A stretch of DNA of 64,000 bases from Yuukianura sp. NJ FZ-2021. Taxonomy: Eukaryota. The translations under genes were made by a program, and so were the position numbers. Shown one piece after another: positions 23,783-40,777 of this stretch. How positions within the stretch are numbered: the stretch's first letter is position 1; the number at the start of each line of letters is the position of its first letter. The notes beneath the pieces were generated by a model. That model searched no databases and had not been told where the DNA came from. It was given only the letters and a program-made list of their open reading frames with translations. The DNA lies in the NCBI GenBank assembly GCA_046563655.1, contig CM102283.1:2728001-2792000 (forward strand), given 5' to 3'.

Positions 23783-26700
23783 TCACCTACACCGTCCTCC
23801 TCGCTTTCTACCGCCACTTTCGTCGTCTTCTGCTTCAGCATTTGGTGGATACCGTTTGACCTTTGACTCTCCATTTTCAAAACTCGTTGTAAAAAGGACA
23901 TTAGCATTTGTGTACATTCCTGAAACCAAAATTTTTTCAAAAATTTCATGTTCAAACCTCACCAAAAACTATTTTTTGTCGCTTGTATGCTCATGTTCTT
24001 ACCATCTTTGAGCGAAACACAAATGAATTGTGTATTTTCGAATCTCTGTTTGATCAAAACGCCAATGTTTTGAGTATGGCTCAAATCCAAGGCAGCATCG
24101 ATTTCATCCATAACGTAAAACGGTGCTGGTTGAAACTTGCACAGAGACAAAACCAAGGCCAAAGCCACCAATGACCTTTGACCTCCACTCAGCTCCGTCA
24201 GCGATTCCTTCCAGACCCCACCAAGCTGAACATGAATCTACGATAAAAAAAAATCGCTGATCAAAATTTCGAAATCTTCAATTCAAAATCAAAAATTTTC
24301 AATTTCAAAGAGAATCAGAATCCTACCGTAACACCTTCATCCAAATTCTGATCATCCTGGACAGGATGCAGTTTGGCAGTGGATTCAGGCAGAAGTGTTG
24401 TCATCATTAGTCCAAGCTCTTCGTTCACAACTTTGTAGGCTTTGTTGACCAGTTTTTGCTGCAAACAAATACAAAAATCGAACAACGTTACTTTTCAAAT
24501 TTTCCTAATTTAAGTCTCATCAAAATTTTGATTTTTGGTTGTTTACCATCTGATTGTTGAGATACTCAACGGACTTCTCCAGCGACAACTTATTTTCTTT
24601 CAGAACTTCCAGACGAGCCTTTGCATCTTGTTCCATGTCCTGCGTCTCTCGCATTTTATCTTTTGCATCTGGATCAACGCGTTTGCGAAGTTCCTCACAA
24701 GTCTTCGTAGCCTTGTCCAAAGCGTCTTTACACTCCTGCAATCATAAGAATTCAAATTGAAAAACTCATTTTCAAAAAAAAAAAAAAATTCAATTTTAAA
24801 AACAACAAAATCAAAAACTGACCGTCCACTTCTTCTTCGGTTTCTCAATTTCATCGTACTTCGTAGTCAGCTTCAATTCAGGATGCTGCTGATGGAGTTC
24901 CTTCATGTATGCCTTAGTTGCTATCAAAAAACAATGATTTATAACACTACTGTATTATTCTATATTAATCGATTAATGCAACAAACGACTTTATGACAGT
25001 GCGGCTTACCTTGAATCTGGTCCTCCGTAGTTTTCATATCATTCTCCCTCGTGATTTTAGCTAAATCAATTTTATGAATTTGCTTTTTGAGTGCTCCAAT
25101 TTCAGCTTCGAGTTTTTCCGCCTCTTCGTCCCAGACTCTTCGTTCTTCCACAATTTCATCCAATTCTTTCTCTTTTTCTTCACAAGTGACCTTGATTTCA
25201 TCGTAAGCAGCTTTCTTCTTAACAGCATCACTCTGTGCCTCTTCCAATTCCTTCTCAGCCTTGTCGATGTCCCGCTTAAAATCATCCAGAAGAGCCTGAC
25301 GAGATTTCAAATCGGTTTCCATGGAGTCAAAAGTGGCTTTCTTGGCATCATACTTCTTCTGAGCTGCTTGAAGTGCTTTGGTCCATTTGGAAATGTCTGC
25401 TCTGACGATCTTGAGATTCTTCTGCGTTTCTTCTTCAAATCGGTCCACGAGTCGCTTCAGCTCAGTTCTCTCCTTGCCCCACTTCTCAACGTCCTTGCCC
25501 CATTCAGCCATTTTCTCTTTTCTTGTTTCTAAAAAAAAATTCCGCCAAGATGAAATTCTAAATTTCCAGTTTTCAAAATTCGAAAAACAGGCTTCACTTA
25601 CTTATCGTTTCCTTGAGCGTAGTGATTTCACCCTGCAGTGTTGCATATGTCGTACACTGCCTATTTTCAGTTGCATCCTTGAGTTGCCTTACGGCTTGGT
25701 CGTAACTCTTCAGCAGTGGGCCATTTCTAAAAAAAAAGAAAAAAGAAAAAGTTAAAAAGGAAAAAAGAAAAAAGTAGACGAGATTTCTAAAAATGCAGAA
25801 TTTTCAAAACAAAATCAATCTCTTCTGGCATACTTGTTGTAATGATCCATTTGAGATTTGAGATCCCGAAGTTTTGCTCGTAACTGGTTCCATTCGGTGT
25901 TGATTGGACCGAGCTGTTGACAAGCAGTGACCAATCGTCCAAGGTTTTTACGTGTTCCACCTTGCATTCCACCGTCCGGATCACAAACATCGCCTTTCAA
26001 AGTAATCGCCTTGTATTTCATCTGGTAAGCCACAATCTAAAAAATAGACAGCGAAAAATTCATTTACTGAAAGTTTCAATTACAAATCTAACTGAGTGGA
26101 GGTGATTTCGCGTTACCTTTGCAGTCTCCATTGTATCACACAAAACAGTTCGTCCAAAATAAGACGCCATTAAGTTCTGGTACTGGGGATCATATTCTAA
26201 AAGACTCAAGGCACAAACGGCTTTTCCTGCTCCAACTTTACTGTCCAATTCTTTCTGACTCAGCAGTCGGTCACTCCGTCGTACTTTAGATAGCGGCATG
26301 TACGTTCGACGATTCGCCACATCTGAAAGTAAACTCAAAGACGTTAGTCAAACGTTAAAAGGATTAAGAAAGTTAACTGTTTTAACTAACAACTTCACGT
26401 ACTTCCATGCTTGATGATGGCCCTCGCCGTAGCATCGGTATCCACTACTACAACAGAGAGACTTCCTCCAGCAGCGACCTCAAAAGCATCTCGGTACTGG
26501 CCTAAATTCGGAGCCGAAAATAGTTCATACAGACATCCACGCACTGAGCTTGTGTCGAAATTTGGCCCTGGAGGTCTACAAATTCAGAAAAACAAAACAC
26601 GTTTTTCAGTTTTAATGAGCTGTGCGGTTGTACTTGAAGCAGCGATTGGCCAGCAGCAGCGATACTTACGTGTAGTTAAAAGCCAGGTACTGGAACTCTT

Positions 26701-28566
26701 GAAGAAAGTTTTTGCGGTCTCGTTCCAGAGCGTTGAGACGCTGAGAAGCAGCGTTGTACTCCTGATCAGAAGTTGCGTATTGTTCAGGAGAAATTTTCAA
26801 TTTCCTGAGCTGATCATGTAGTTGATCTACTTTGGCCTGAGCTGCTTTGAATTCCGTTTCGATTTGCTTATCAGATGGAGTTTTGCTTAATTTCTTCTCC
26901 AACTCACGCAAACTCGCTTCTTCGTCTTTCAATAGACGCTCTTCATGGTCGTATTTTGGACTAATCTTGTCATACTGATCATCAGCATCTGAAAAATTAT
27001 GAAAAAGTGTCACTAAACTTAAAAACTGACTTGATTTTCATAAATCCTTAACTTACCGACTAATCGTTGACGCAAGTCATAAGTTTCGCCGTTCTCTCCG
27101 ACCATTTTTCCCGCATTAACTTCAGATTCTCTGAGACGGAAATGAGATGGGACAATACATGCATTAATTATGGGTTAATTAGTAGAGAGATTAATCAATT
27201 AGTTAGTTTTACGAATTACCGTTTTTCACATTCGGACAACTTGGTCTTGGCTTGTTCAATTTCGTCCTTGAGTGTTTGAAATTCGTTGACGAGATTGGAA
27301 CTTTTGGATCCATGTTCAGCAATTTGTTTTTCCTTTTGCGCAAAATCCTTCTGTGCTTTGGTCAGTTTCGTTTGTGCTGACTCTACCGTTTTCAAAGCAT
27401 CTTCATGAGCCAACTCACAACTTGCCAATTTCTTACTAATGTCCTTATGTTGCTTGTCAATTCCAGAATGTTTCTCGGTCACAATCTTCTCTGATTCCTT
27501 CATAATCTCTGCTCTTCGCTTCTTCTTATCCTCAATTTGCTGGTCCAATTCTTCAATCATCTTGTCATTGTCTTTTCCAGTATCTTTCAATTCCTGACGT
27601 TTCTCTCGTTTCTTGACTAGAACTTCCAAGTAGTGACCGAAAGCGGCTATTGCATACTCTTGAGCAAGTTTATGACGTTGATAGTCCGCGTTCTTGTACT
27701 CATGGTAGACCTGTAAGGCAGCTTCCTGTTGTCTCGCGGACGGAAGAATGACGTTTTGCAGTGTCTGAAACATAAAAACGAAAACGTTATTCAAAAATGG
27801 TGGGGGCAAGTTGAGAGATAATTTCTTACATCCTGGATTTGTTCCATCTGATTGTCCTTGTCACGAACATCCTGAAGTGCACGGTCTCGTTTCTGCTTGT
27901 AAGTAGTGGCTCCAACACACTCTTCAAGCATACCCAGAATTTCCTTGGGCTTCATATTGACAACCTTAGTAATCTTGCCCTGCATGATCATGAAGTTAGG
28001 ATTGTTAACGTTGAGCTGAACGGACTGGAAGAGATCTTGGACAACTTTTTTGCTGCTGGAGATTCCGTTCAGATGATACTGTTTACGAAAAAGAGAACGT
28101 TAAAACCAAATGATTTTTAATACAAACTGCTTCCTTGAAGTTGAACTTACCTTGCAAAGATTCCCTTCTTCAATGCTTCGTGAAACGATGATTTCGGAGA
28201 ATTGTTCATAGCCAATTGGAGCTCTACTTCGATCTGTATTGTCAAATACGAGGGATACGCAGGCCCTTTTGATACTTCCACCCTTGTTGATCAAGTCGTT
28301 CAGGTTTTGAGCACGTACCTACATAAAAATTAAGATTAGAACCTGCTTTTCTTACAAATTGAGATTAGCTTTTCAATTAACGTTAACAATGAGCGTACTG
28401 TTTGGAATGACGAAAGACCAAGAACGAAGATAATTCCATCCAAGATATTGGATTTGCCAGATCCATTGAGCCCAGTAATTGCATTAAAATGAGGATCAAA
28501 TTTTCCGATCTTCGTTCTAGTTTTGTAAGATTTGAAACCGTCCAGTGACACGTACTTCAGATGCAT
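23783..28566 (-). CDS. SMC2: Structural maintenance of chromosomes protein 2 (condensin subunit), divergent
   Basis: N-terminal [24 protein letters not shown] (Walker A), [24 protein letters not shown], coiled coils, hinge ([22 protein letters not shown]), C-terminal [37 protein letters not shown] (signature, Walker B, D-loop). Confidence 0.93.
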
Positions 28567-29565
28567 CGTTCTTTACACCGCTGTCGCTCCGTCCTGAATT
28601 CTTTTGGGCCAGGATCCCAACCAATGTTTGACAGTTTACGTCAACTTTTAGCTAACTCTTCGATACTTTGACGTCTTAAGTACAAACCACATTCAATTGA
28701 ACAACGGTAAAAATGCAACGTCAATTCAATCATAAAAACACAAACAAAACCGAACAGAGAAATTGAAACTTCTTTTCAAAGCAAAGCAAAAAAACTAACT
28801 ATTGATCGGCACTTCAACTTGTGCTCATCTCACAACAAACGATTCGAGAAACTTCCGTTGCCTTACATTCAACATTCAACATATTTTAACACGCTAATTA
28901 ACACGGTTATGCTAAAGATGATAAACTAACTAGCTTAGTAATTGGTGGCTGAGTATAAATGACTCAAAAAATTAATCACAACTTATGTGACGCAGCACTG
29001 TCATCAGTGAGAGACAGTAACATTTAACTATTGGCATGATCAGAGTGCAAACTGCGAAAAACCTGCCGACATCTGATAGCATCAAAAGTGTGAGCGGGAA
29101 GTTAAATTCACTTTCAAAATTCCATTTCCCGCAATTTTTGGAAATGGGGCACGCAGCGACTCTGGTTGAATCTTGTCTTATGGTAACGAACTAAAATAAT
29201 TTTTACTTATTAATAATTATTATAATACAATTAATTTTTTTACAAAATTTCCAAAAAAAATTTTTTTCCAAAAATTAATTTTTCAAAAATTGCTTTGCTT
29301 CCATAGCAACCAGTTGATCGATAGTTGTATCGTATCAAGCTCAAGTTGATAAACTTTTCTTTTCCATCTCGTCATAATCGTTTTGTCAATTTCATTATTT
29401 TTCAACTTTTTTTTTTGTTCGATTTGATCAATTTTGTATTGGACCAACATCTTCCGGAACGTCAAATACGTCAACAGCAAAAGAAGAAACAGCAAACCGA
29501 TCAAACTAATTTTGGAAACATAAGATTTTGTAATTTCTAAGTTACTTGAACATTTTTTGTCAATC

Positions 29566-31635
29566 ATGTCTCAAGTACTTTTGAGGAAAGGGCTGGAAGA
29601 GCACTTCCAAGACACAATTGCGAATTTAGGCCAGGCGTAAGTTCACTGTTCCCTAAATTACTTGCAATTACCTTTGTAATTACTTGTAATTACTCTGAAC
29701 TACTTGTAATTACCTCCTATTTTCAACTTTTAGCTACGTAGACAAACATATTAGTCCAGAAATTGACAGCTACACTTCAACATCCGAACTTCATCAACTA
29801 CGGGTCAAAACTGCCTGCTTGGATTCAATCCTGCGCAGAGAACGAGAAAGACATGCGCAAAGAAGAGAACATTTTAAACAACGGTGGCGTGCTGCTGCCG
29901 ACAATCTGCGTCAAGTAGACGTTAGCATCACAAATCTCGAACATGTTTACAAGGTAGACCGTACAAAAAAAAAATTTGAAATTTTTGATTTCAAAAGTTC
30001 AAAATTTTGAAAAATTTGAAATTTTACAATTGGCGCTATTTTTTTAGGAAAATGTTGCTGAAACTAATCGCCAAACGTACCTCGCTGCCCGTCAAGACGA
30101 ACTTGTTGCTAGCAAACGACTTGGAGTCCAGAAGTTGCTTAAAGAAAAAGCACTTTTGACGCATGTCAGAGCCGAAGCGACTGAAAGACTCGAAAATTTC
30201 AATCCCGTCAAAAAGTACTTGACGAATGTCATCGATACTTCTCGTGGAGAATTTGCAAATGCCAGAGAACTAATTGAAAGAGCCAAACTACTGCTCAACA
30301 CAAGGACTGAATTGGTTGCACGAAATGAAGCCGCTGAGGAACGTCTGCGTCGTAGAGAACAAACTCTCGAAAAATTTGACGCCGTAATTATAAAAAAGAT
30401 CAAAAATTTTGAAATTTCCAAATTCTATTGACTTGTTTTTTGATTAGGTCAAAACCAACGAGATCATTCTGCTGAACAACCATGTTTTTGAGTTGGGTCA
30501 AGATCTGATCGAGGCTGGCGAAACGATGCGTAAAATTGAAGACGAAGTGGCGCGAATTAAAACGACGGCAAGCAATCGCACGATGATTTTAGGTCAAATC
30601 AGAGCAGCCGCATACAACATTTATGTCCAAATGTGTGATGCGATGAAGGTTGAACCTAAGGTAAGCTGGCCATATGTTACAGTTTTACAAAGGTCAAAAG
30701 TCATGGTCAAAAGTAATGGTGAAATGTCATAGTAAAAAGTCATGGTCAAAAGTAATGGTGAAATGTCATAGTAAAAAGTCATGGTCAAAAGTAATGGCCA
30801 AAAGTCTTGGTCAAAAGTCATAGTAAAAAGTCACGGTAAAAAGTCAAACGTTTTGGATAGAGGTCATGGTCAAAGTAAAAACTTTTCTCAAAAGTCAAAA
30901 GTTGTGGTTAAGACTCAAGGTCAAAACACAAACTTTGATCAAAAGTCAAAAGTTTAATCTAAAGCCAAGTCTTAGATAAAAGTCATGGTCAAAGTAACAA
31001 TTTTAGTCAAAAGTTTGATGAAAAGTCAAAAGTCCTTGATAAAAATCATGGTGAAAGTAGTAAAAACTTTGGCCAAATATCAAAAGTTTGGTCAAAAGTC
31101 AAAAGTCCTTGATAAAAGTCATGGTGAAAGTAGTAAAAACTTTGGCCAAATATCAAAAGTTTGGTCGAAACTGAAAGTCATAGGTCTTGGATAAAAGTCG
31201 TGGTCAAAAGTCAAAAGTTTGATCACAAGTCCTGGATAAAAGTCATGGTTAAATCACTTGTTTTTGCAGATTAAACCAGAGGACACCATCAAACTACTGG
31301 CAGCAGTCAAAACATCGATGACTGAAGCGAAGAAGATAGAAGCGATGGTGAAATACTTCGTAAAGAAAGCAAAGCAAAAAGCAGCAGCGGAGAAGGCCGA
31401 GCATGAACGACGGCGGAAATCGATCATGGCGGAAGCAAGGGCAAGGGAAATGGCGAAACGAAGACAAACTGAAACAGAAAGAGCTAGGGAACTGTTTGGC
31501 CTGAGGGCGTTGACCTCCAGGTCAAAGTCAAAACACCATGAAGATGTCCACCGAATGATGAGACGAGTCACCAAGGACTCTAAAATAGCATTGAAAACTC
31601 ATGGTTCTCATGCTCATGCTCATGAGCATGACTAA
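29566..31635 (+). CDS. Coiled-coil protein, CCDC42/CFAP73 (DUF4200)-like
   Basis: Five in-phase exons from MSQVLLRKGLEEHFQD. Motifs KKYLTNVIDTSRGEFANARELIER..LL and TTASNRTMILGQIRAAAYNIY resemble CCDC42 family segments. Family call is from memory of the motifs. Confidence 0.62.
30685..31255. repeat. Intronic degenerate tandem repeat (aaaagtcatggtc / caaaagt units)
   Basis: Dozens of AAAAGTC-based units, including perfect ~39-bp duplications at 30696-30795. Confidence 0.85.
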
Positions 31636-31639
31636 CAAA

Positions 31640-31722
31640 AATATTTTGAGTCAGTGAAATATTTTGAGTCAGGGAAATATTTTGAGTCAGGGAAATATTT
31701 TTAGTCAGGAAAATGTTTTGAG
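31640..31722. repeat. 18-bp tandem repeat just after the stop codon
   Basis: aatattttgagtcagg(t)ga, about 4.5 copies. Confidence 0.85.
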
Positions 31723-31868
31723 AAAATATTTTTGGAAAAAGAAAAATACTTTTGTAAAACGCTTTTTGTAAGAAACTGGAATCGTAACAATAAATGTTCG
31801 ATCTGAGAAGTAGTTGACCTTTGACCTTGGGGTCAATGACCTTTACTTTAATTTTTTGTTAAGTTAAG

Positions 31869-33309
31869 TTACAAGGGACAGTAGTTTGACCTTATTGTTA
31901 GTTGACTAGCTAAGTAACTCCTAAATTTTGAAATTCCCCACGCAAAAATAATATAAGTAAGCAAGAACGTAGCAAATGCAATGAGTGCGGTGATTGCAGC
32001 GCCCTCTGGATTCTCTTTCCAGTTGAGCACTTCGTAGATATAGGTTGTTCCATTTTCATATGTTCCGCCAAGAACTTCGTAAAGTATCCTACGAAAAAAA
32101 TCCGAAATTTCAAATTGTTTGAATTTTTTTTTCAAATTTTTGAACTTACGTAAATACTAAATAGCATAGCAGGACGATTAGTCCAAAAACGAAGTGGGTC
32201 ACGTGAACTGGAATTGCGACGATCACGAGGTTGAGTACTGCCAATATTGAATTCACAACATGCACAAGGTACGTTGAAATCGTCTGCAGCAGTGAACCTT
32301 GACCTTCAAAAATCGCCCAAGTTAACTGTCAAGGTCATTGACCTTTGATTTTAGAAAAGGTCAGCTTTTGATTTTACAAAAGGTCATTGATCTTTAGAAT
32401 CCCATGGTTTGTTGATTTTATTTGCCTTAAGAGGTTGCGTAATACCTCATGTTTTTTTTTAAACCAAAAAAAAAATGTATGTTTAGTTGCATTTCTGGGT
32501 ATCGCAACGATAAGATCATAAATGATTTTTACACATTTTACACAGGAAATCGCAGTGTTGGTGGATGGATAAAATATTTCTTCCACTGAAATCGGTACAA
32601 AAAGTTTTATGTTTTGAAATTGGTATCAATGGTACGTAGTAACTCTGGTTTTTGTTTTCATTTTTTTGACAAGCAACTGTGGTGTTACACAACCTATTAG
32701 GAAGAGTAAATGGTTGTCAATGAACCTTGCTTACTTCCATCATATACTGCGACCCAGTAGAGAACAGTGACCCCTACTGGCAGCATATTTGCGACATTGT
32801 AGAACATGAGTGTTGCTTTGTTGAGAAATGGGAGAGTGACCTTGTGTTTGTATCCAATGAACTCTGCGTGACCTGCCCCCCAGGGATCAGGCTGAAGATG
32901 CTCCCACTTGGCTTCTACGACTACAAAAAAGGCTAAGAGTGAATGCACAACCTGTAGCAGATATGACCAATTTGTCAAGTAGATTGGCCAGTATGGCAGA
33001 CGTTGTGGGGGTGTCCAGACCAACTCCATGAACAAGGTCACGGTGAAGTAAACAGCATAGAGAAGGCGGTAGGTCAGAAACAAGTAGGAAATGTGCGTAC
33101 TCCGGTCACTCGGGTCAAAAGTCTCCCACTATTTTCAAAATTTGAAAGAAAAAAGCCAAAGTCAAAATTTTGAAATTAAAAAGTTTGGTTAATTTTAAGG
33201 AAATTTTTATTTTAAAAAAATTTACCTCGCTTTTCCAAAAGTACACTTCGCTGATACCGTTCAAGTCAAAATTTTCCTTGACTTTGGTCCAAAATTTTGA
33301 ACACGTCAT
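31869..33309 (-). CDS. rost: Protein rolling stone-like multipass membrane protein (FAR-17a/AIG1-like)
   Basis: MTCSKFW..YFWKSE / FLTYRLLYAVYF..WPIYLTNWSYLL..VTVLYWVAVYD / YLVHVVNSILAVLNLVIVAIPVHVTHF / YEVLGG..GTTYIYEVLNWKENP, the typical rost motifs. Confidence 0.85.
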
Positions 33310-34598
33310 GATGCCGTTTTCGAAATTTTGAACATTTGAGCCTACACTGAAGTTTTGTTTTAGTTTTTTAGTTGTAGGATTGTCAAATAAATCAATATAA
33401 TTTGCACATGACTTTTGCTGACGATGCAACGACTAAAGTGTTGATAAATTGTAATCAATAAAGTATGTACAAGCGAATTTTTTTTTGACTTTTGACCTCA
33501 ACTTCTTCAAAATTTTATCTAAACATTCTACTATGTTCGAAAGTTTTATAACTGCACTACACACTAACCTAAACTATACTTACGTCTAAAGTGTCAAATA
33601 AAAAGCTAATCTTTTTGTTAACCAATAAATACTTTAGCAGCACTCATTTTTATCTTACTGGAAGTGGTGTAATCTTAAATGGACTTTTTTGACACTCTAA
33701 CATCTCCGGGATTTAATTTCGAATTGAAATTTCAAAATGACATGGACGGTTTGATTTTTTTGAAATTCTATTTTTTACCTTTGACGTCGCCAAAAACATT
33801 TTGAAAATAATTTTTTTATTTGGACTCAACATAAGCAGTTACAATGTGACTTGGTACTCCTGCATCCTGGCAAGAACGCATTTTCTATAGTATCAATAAA
33901 GAAAAAAATAGCTGAAAATGAGTATTTCCTTTAAAAATTTTGAAAATGAAAATTTTTGAAATTTTAAAATTTTCCGGAGGTCAATGACCTCAAACTGAAA
34001 CGTGTCATGTCCCGTTCTCCCGTTGTACTTTTCGACCATAAGGTTTATTTTGTATTTTTTAAACAAAGAAACACAGTTTGAAATCCAGTTCACCTGAGCC
34101 CCTTTCTCACTTTTTTTGTCTTTTTTTGGAAATTTTGAAACGGAAAGTGAAACAAGGGGAAAATCCTGTTTTTTTTTGGACGGAGGTCACGCGATGGATT
34201 GACCTCACGAAAGATACAATACAAAGACATTGAAGCATGCCCCATTTAGAACATACGGCAGGGCCCAGGGGGGTTTCAAAATTTCAAAGGGTCCCCCAAT
34301 TCACAATTTAAATTTGCATTTCCCCACCCTTTTCTATTGTTAATTTTCACCAACAAAAGAAAAACAAAATTTTAAACAAAAATTGACCAAGCGGTTAGCG
34401 TCGAAGTGGCTTTTGAATGAGTCCAGCTCTGCCAGCTGACATGTCCTGTTTTGCAATTAATCGTTAATTGTCAAAGTAAACGCAACATGATTAATCGAAT
34501 AGCACAAAATATACCTACCCATTTCCAAACTCTTAATTAGTTAATTCAAATTCTACAATTACTACGACGTGAGTTTCAAAATTTCACGCAAATAGCTG

Positions 34599-34691
34599 GT
34601 CATGTTTTGGCAAATGAGCATAGCGTCAGGGATCAAGCGACCACAAGATTTTATCATGGCGCGGGTTCAAATCCCACAACCCCCTTCACCA
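34599..34691 (+). other. Degenerate tRNA-like sequence (tRNA pseudogene or SINE head)
   Basis: B-box/T-arm gcggGTTCAAATCCcac followed by ..cacca, with a weak A-box tggcaaatgag. The acceptor and anticodon stems do not pair. Confidence 0.3.
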
Positions 34692-36897
34692 TTTGATGCG
34701 AAAACTCCCGCCTTTTTCTTTCTACGATCTTCATAAGCTTTTAGAGATGCTAGATATGTTTCAGTGATTGGCATTTGACATGGACGGAAGACGGAATTCG
34801 ACACACGAGTGTCCGTCTATCCGTCCACGTCATGAGAAAGACGCAGACGGGAAGACGGGATGTATGGACGAGGACCCTTCCAGAACTAATGTCTCATAAA
34901 TTACAGCTTCGCAAAAACGGCGGGGTTAAGCTTTAAGCCTAGGGATCAGAGGGGACCCTGGGAAAAAAGTCTTTGTGTCGTGTGGTCCTTTGTTGCAGAG
35001 GGGGGGGGGACTTAAAGGGTCCCCCTTTGTTGGTCCTTTGGCAGAAGCGTGCGACAGGATGTGTGGAAATCATAAATGAAAGTAAAGTTTCCCTCCAAAA
35101 CGAGTCCTTATCCGATTCACCACGTTGTTCTGGAGGGAGGGGGACACAAAGCAAAGGGGGGACTGTGTAGCGTGTACTCTAGACAGATGCTACACACTTT
35201 TTGGGGGTGCAGTGGTCCACTTACTATTGACATGGTAGGCCCATGTCAATGATGGGCCATGGAGGGGAGGGGGATAACGCCAGACGCCGTTCCGATAACT
35301 CTTGTGTTCTTCAAACCTTTGTTTGATCAAAGCCAAGCCAACAGTCCACGCTGTTTCCCTCCAAGTTCGCAGCGGATGTATCATCTCAGTCTCTTTCTTC
35401 CAGTGCAGAGTGGTGGACGTACTGACTTCTTAGTAAGTCTCAAATTCATCGCAATTAACAATTAGTAATTGTAGTTTGCCAATTGTCAAGTCATGGAGTC
35501 ACCGGAAGCAGCACTTATCTGAAAAAGATTACGGAAGATACGGGGTAAAGCCAGAGGCGCACATCAAGCACGGCGCGTAAGGTTTTTCGGCATTTAATGA
35601 ATGTTGAGCAATAACTAATCGTAAGTTTACTGTTCAAAGGTTAGTCGATTGACTTTGGTGTTTGACCTTACGGGTTATCTTAATGTTAGGTTATATTGAA
35701 TTACGGTTTAAATTGACATGTTACGAATTTGTTTCATTTCCTTTGTCTTCTAAGCACAAAGAAAGTGGATGAGCTCAATTCATTCCTAATAGAATCCCTT
35801 TGTTCTCTTTGAGCTTGTTTTTATAGGGATGAAGGACATGGAATAGGACGAAGTACAGATTAAACAAAGACGGCAACGGAAGACACTTCTAGGACTTCAC
35901 TAAACTTAAACTTGTAGCAGTTAACTTCTTCCAAGCAACGACACTCGAAGGTTACAAAAGAACGCGAGGACTGGATAATCGGACTTCTTTAGTAACGAAA
36001 ACTTCGGAGTTCTGGAGAATTTTCATCGGACAGAACCGCTATTTCTTTTGTGTGCTTTAGAGAGAATTGAGTAACTAATTTTAGTTACTGAATACTGAAT
36101 TACTCTAGCACCAAATGAAATCAGTGCTTCTGATTCCGTTTGAATAGCAACGGAAGCGGGGATATCTAGGAATTCATAAAGCATGGCACCACAGGCAATC
36201 CACATTTCTACAGTCAACCGCGTGAATGAATTGTACTTATCGAATTAAGTTGTTATCGTTATCGGCTGAAATACTTTATCAAGATAAGAAGTTCGAAATA
36301 AAAATGGTGACGCTTAAATATTGGCGGGATGACCAAAGAACGAGGGAATAGTGGGCACAGGCCTTAACAATTTTAGAAAAGAAAGTATATAAATAAATTG
36401 AATTAAATTTAATTAAAGTCTAAAGTTACTTTTAAAGTTAATTATGAATTGTAGTTAACTAAAAACGAAAAATTAGAAGAGAAAATGTTTCACGCTGTTG
36501 TTTTAAGATTTTATTGTGATAAGAAAATGAACGTAGCGCTATAATGCGGTGAGACAACTATCTGGCGCGCATTCGGAGTACCGCGAAATTTAAACGCAGT
36601 AAACTGTAAATTTTTTTTTTGCTTTTTTTAGGTTAGGTAAGTTTGTTTACTTCTCAGTTTTCGCTGGGATTGGGATTGGATCTTTCTCGATTGTCGATTT
36701 GATTTTGACCGCATAAAAGGTATTTCAAATATGTCATCTTTATCAGTCACCGTCGCTGCTATTCTTTGGACGATTAATAATTGAATTTCAATCAAGCCGT
36801 AACTGCGTCAATACATCAATCAATTACTTCCGCACTGAAAACTCGACCCCTGATAAGACCAGGACCACGTAACGTTTGTATTTCCAACGGACTAATT

Positions 36898-40777
<3,880 letters not shown>

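Noticed and set aside
30621-31194. Repetitive ORFs 30621..30821 and 30985..31194
   Set aside because: Products of the intronic AAAAGTC tandem repeat.
35190-35384. VGLALIKQRFEEHK resembling a Penelope GIY-YIG endonuclease motif
   Set aside because: No preceding GIY/YIG residues, no reverse transcriptase remnant and no hammerhead core found. Too short to support a call.
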